DNA of 63,612 nt, filler included. It is 9 parts of 9 records of this genome, joined end to end, with 100 filler letters (N's around TTAATTAATTAA, not from the genome) between each part and the next. Parts side by side here need not be neighbours in the genome. Positions count along the whole stretch, not along the records: positions 58,241 to 63,612 come from DRR723986_24683; 8 more parts are not named here. One strand, given 5' to 3'. Under the pieces are notes generated by a model. The model was not told where the DNA came from, did not search any database, and saw only the letters and a list, made by a program, of their open reading frames with translations. Shown in pieces: positions 62,592 to 63,612 of this stretch (its first letter is position 1; every line of letters begins with the position of its first letter). The position numbers and the translations under genes were made by a program.

Positions 62592-63612
62592 TCACCGCTC
62601 AAAACCGACAAGGGCATCTGCAAATTCCTGCGGATCAAAGGGCGACAGATCGTCGATCTGTTCGCCCACACCAATCGCGTGGATCGGCAGACCAAACTGA
62701 TCCGCGAGCGCCACCAGAACGCCGCCTTTTGCCGTGCCGTCCAGCTTGGTCATGACCAGACCGGATACATCGGAAATGTCCTGAAAAACCTTCACCTGAT
62801 TGACCGCGTTCTGGCCCGTGGTCGCATCCAGCACCAACAGCGTGTTATGCGGCGCGGTGTCGTCCTTCTTGCGGATCACGCGCACGATCTTCGCCAGCTC
62901 TTCCATCAGATCACCGCGGTTTTGCAAGCGCCCCGCGGTGTCGATCATCAGCAAATCAGCGCCGTCTTCCTGCGCTTTGCTCATTGCGTCAAAGGCCAGA
63001 CTGGCCGGGTCCGTGCCCTGCGCCGCCGTCAGAACAGGCACGCCCGCACGGTCGCCCCAGACCTGCAATTGCTCCACCGCAGCGGCGCGGAATGTATCAC
63101 CTGCCGCGATCACCACCTTTTTGCCCGCCGCTTTGAACTGGCTGGCCAACTTGCCGATGGTTGTGGTCTTGCCTGACCCGTTTACACCAACAACAAGCAC
63201 CACCTGCGGGGTCTTGGCATAAAGCGGCAGGGGCCGCGCGACTGGGTCCATGATCCGGGCGATTTCATCGGCCATCAATTGCTTGATCTCGCCAACCGAC
63301 AGCTTTTTGCCAAACCGCCCCTCGGCCATGTTTGCGGTCACCCGCATCGCGGTTTCCACGCCCATATCGGCGGTGATCAGCAGCTCTTCAAGCTGCTCCA
63401 GCATGTCGTCGTCCAATGTCCGGCGCACCACGGTTTTGGGCGTGGCGCGGCCCATCAGGCGCCCCAAGAGACCCGGCTTGGCGGCCTCTGTTGGCATCGC
63501 CTCTTCCAGATCGGGCGCGACGGAGGTCATAGTGGTGCGCAGCGGCTCGGCTTTGATCCGCTCCGGTTCAGGCGTAATTTCCGGCTCTGGCTCTGGCTCC
63601 GGCTCTGGCTCT
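62592..63612 (-). CDS. ftsY: SRP receptor FtsY (5'-truncated)
   Basis: GVNGSGKTTT, DTFRAAA, DTAGR, TKLDGTAKGG. Confidence 0.97.
   Translation of the reverse strand, partial: EPEPEPEPEPEITPEPERIKAEPLRTTMTSVAPDLEEAMPTEAAKPGLLGRLMGRATPKTVVRRTLDDDMLEQLEELLITADMGVETAMRVTANMAEGRFGKKLSVGEIKQLMADEIARIMDPVARPLPLYAKTPQVVLVVGVNGSGKTTTIGKLASQFKAAGKKVVIAAGDTFRAAAVEQLQVWGDRAGVPVLTAAQGTDPASLAFDAMSKAQEDGADLLMIDTAGRLQNRGDLMEELAKIVRVIRKKDDTAPHNTLLVLDATTGQNAVNQVKVFQDISDVSGLVMTKLDGTAKGGVLVALADQFGLPIHAIGVGEQIDDLSPFDPQEFADALVGFER
63580..63612. repeat. hexamer repeat encoding (Glu-Pro)n in the FtsY acidic domain
   Basis: ggctct/ggctcc tandem units. Confidence 0.7.

Overview
The window is not one genomic locus. 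It is nine unrelated fragments, probably from a marine metagenome, joined by identical 100-bp spacers (44 N + TTAATTAATTAA + 44 N), so no linkage should be read across spacers. (1) 1-5744: end of an alphaproteobacterial tRNA-targeting integrative element with an AT-rich ABC-ATPase + HNH (Septu PtuAB/retron-effector-like) defence pair, a DUF6538 tyrosine integrase, an att site, phage-like debris and a dead IS3. (2) 5845-18493: alphaproteobacterial accessory region with a tyrosinase-DUF2182-thermolysin-like metallopeptidase operon. It faces a degenerate HAD-like gene that appears to share an unnamed ~100-aa C-terminal domain with the peptidase. This is the best candidate for an undescribed system, possibly protease-activated pro-tyrosinase. 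Also a sulfatase, an SphA-like barrel, an M20 peptidase and the 3' end of nrdJ. (3) 18594-29263: FCB-group fragment with two mirror-image TPR-LuxR + FG-GAP modules. Both FG-GAP proteins have the same unusual extended basic signal peptide, and one regulator is internally inverted. (4) Hyphomonadaceae-like obgE-proB-GNAT-RimK/fatty-acid genes. (5) Betaproteobacterial cupin, PHP lipoprotein and lipBA. (6) Alphaproteobacterial spc operon, with an L6 insertion. (7) Rhodobacteraceae-like 2OG oxygenase, iodotyrosine-deiodinase-like gene and argP/argO. (8) Gammaproteobacterial (Marinobacter-like) alpha operon and uvrA. (9) Rhodobacteraceae-like folE2, SAM-II riboswitch-metZ, GST, yciB and ftsY. Taxonomic labels and family names come from motif recognition, not from database searches.
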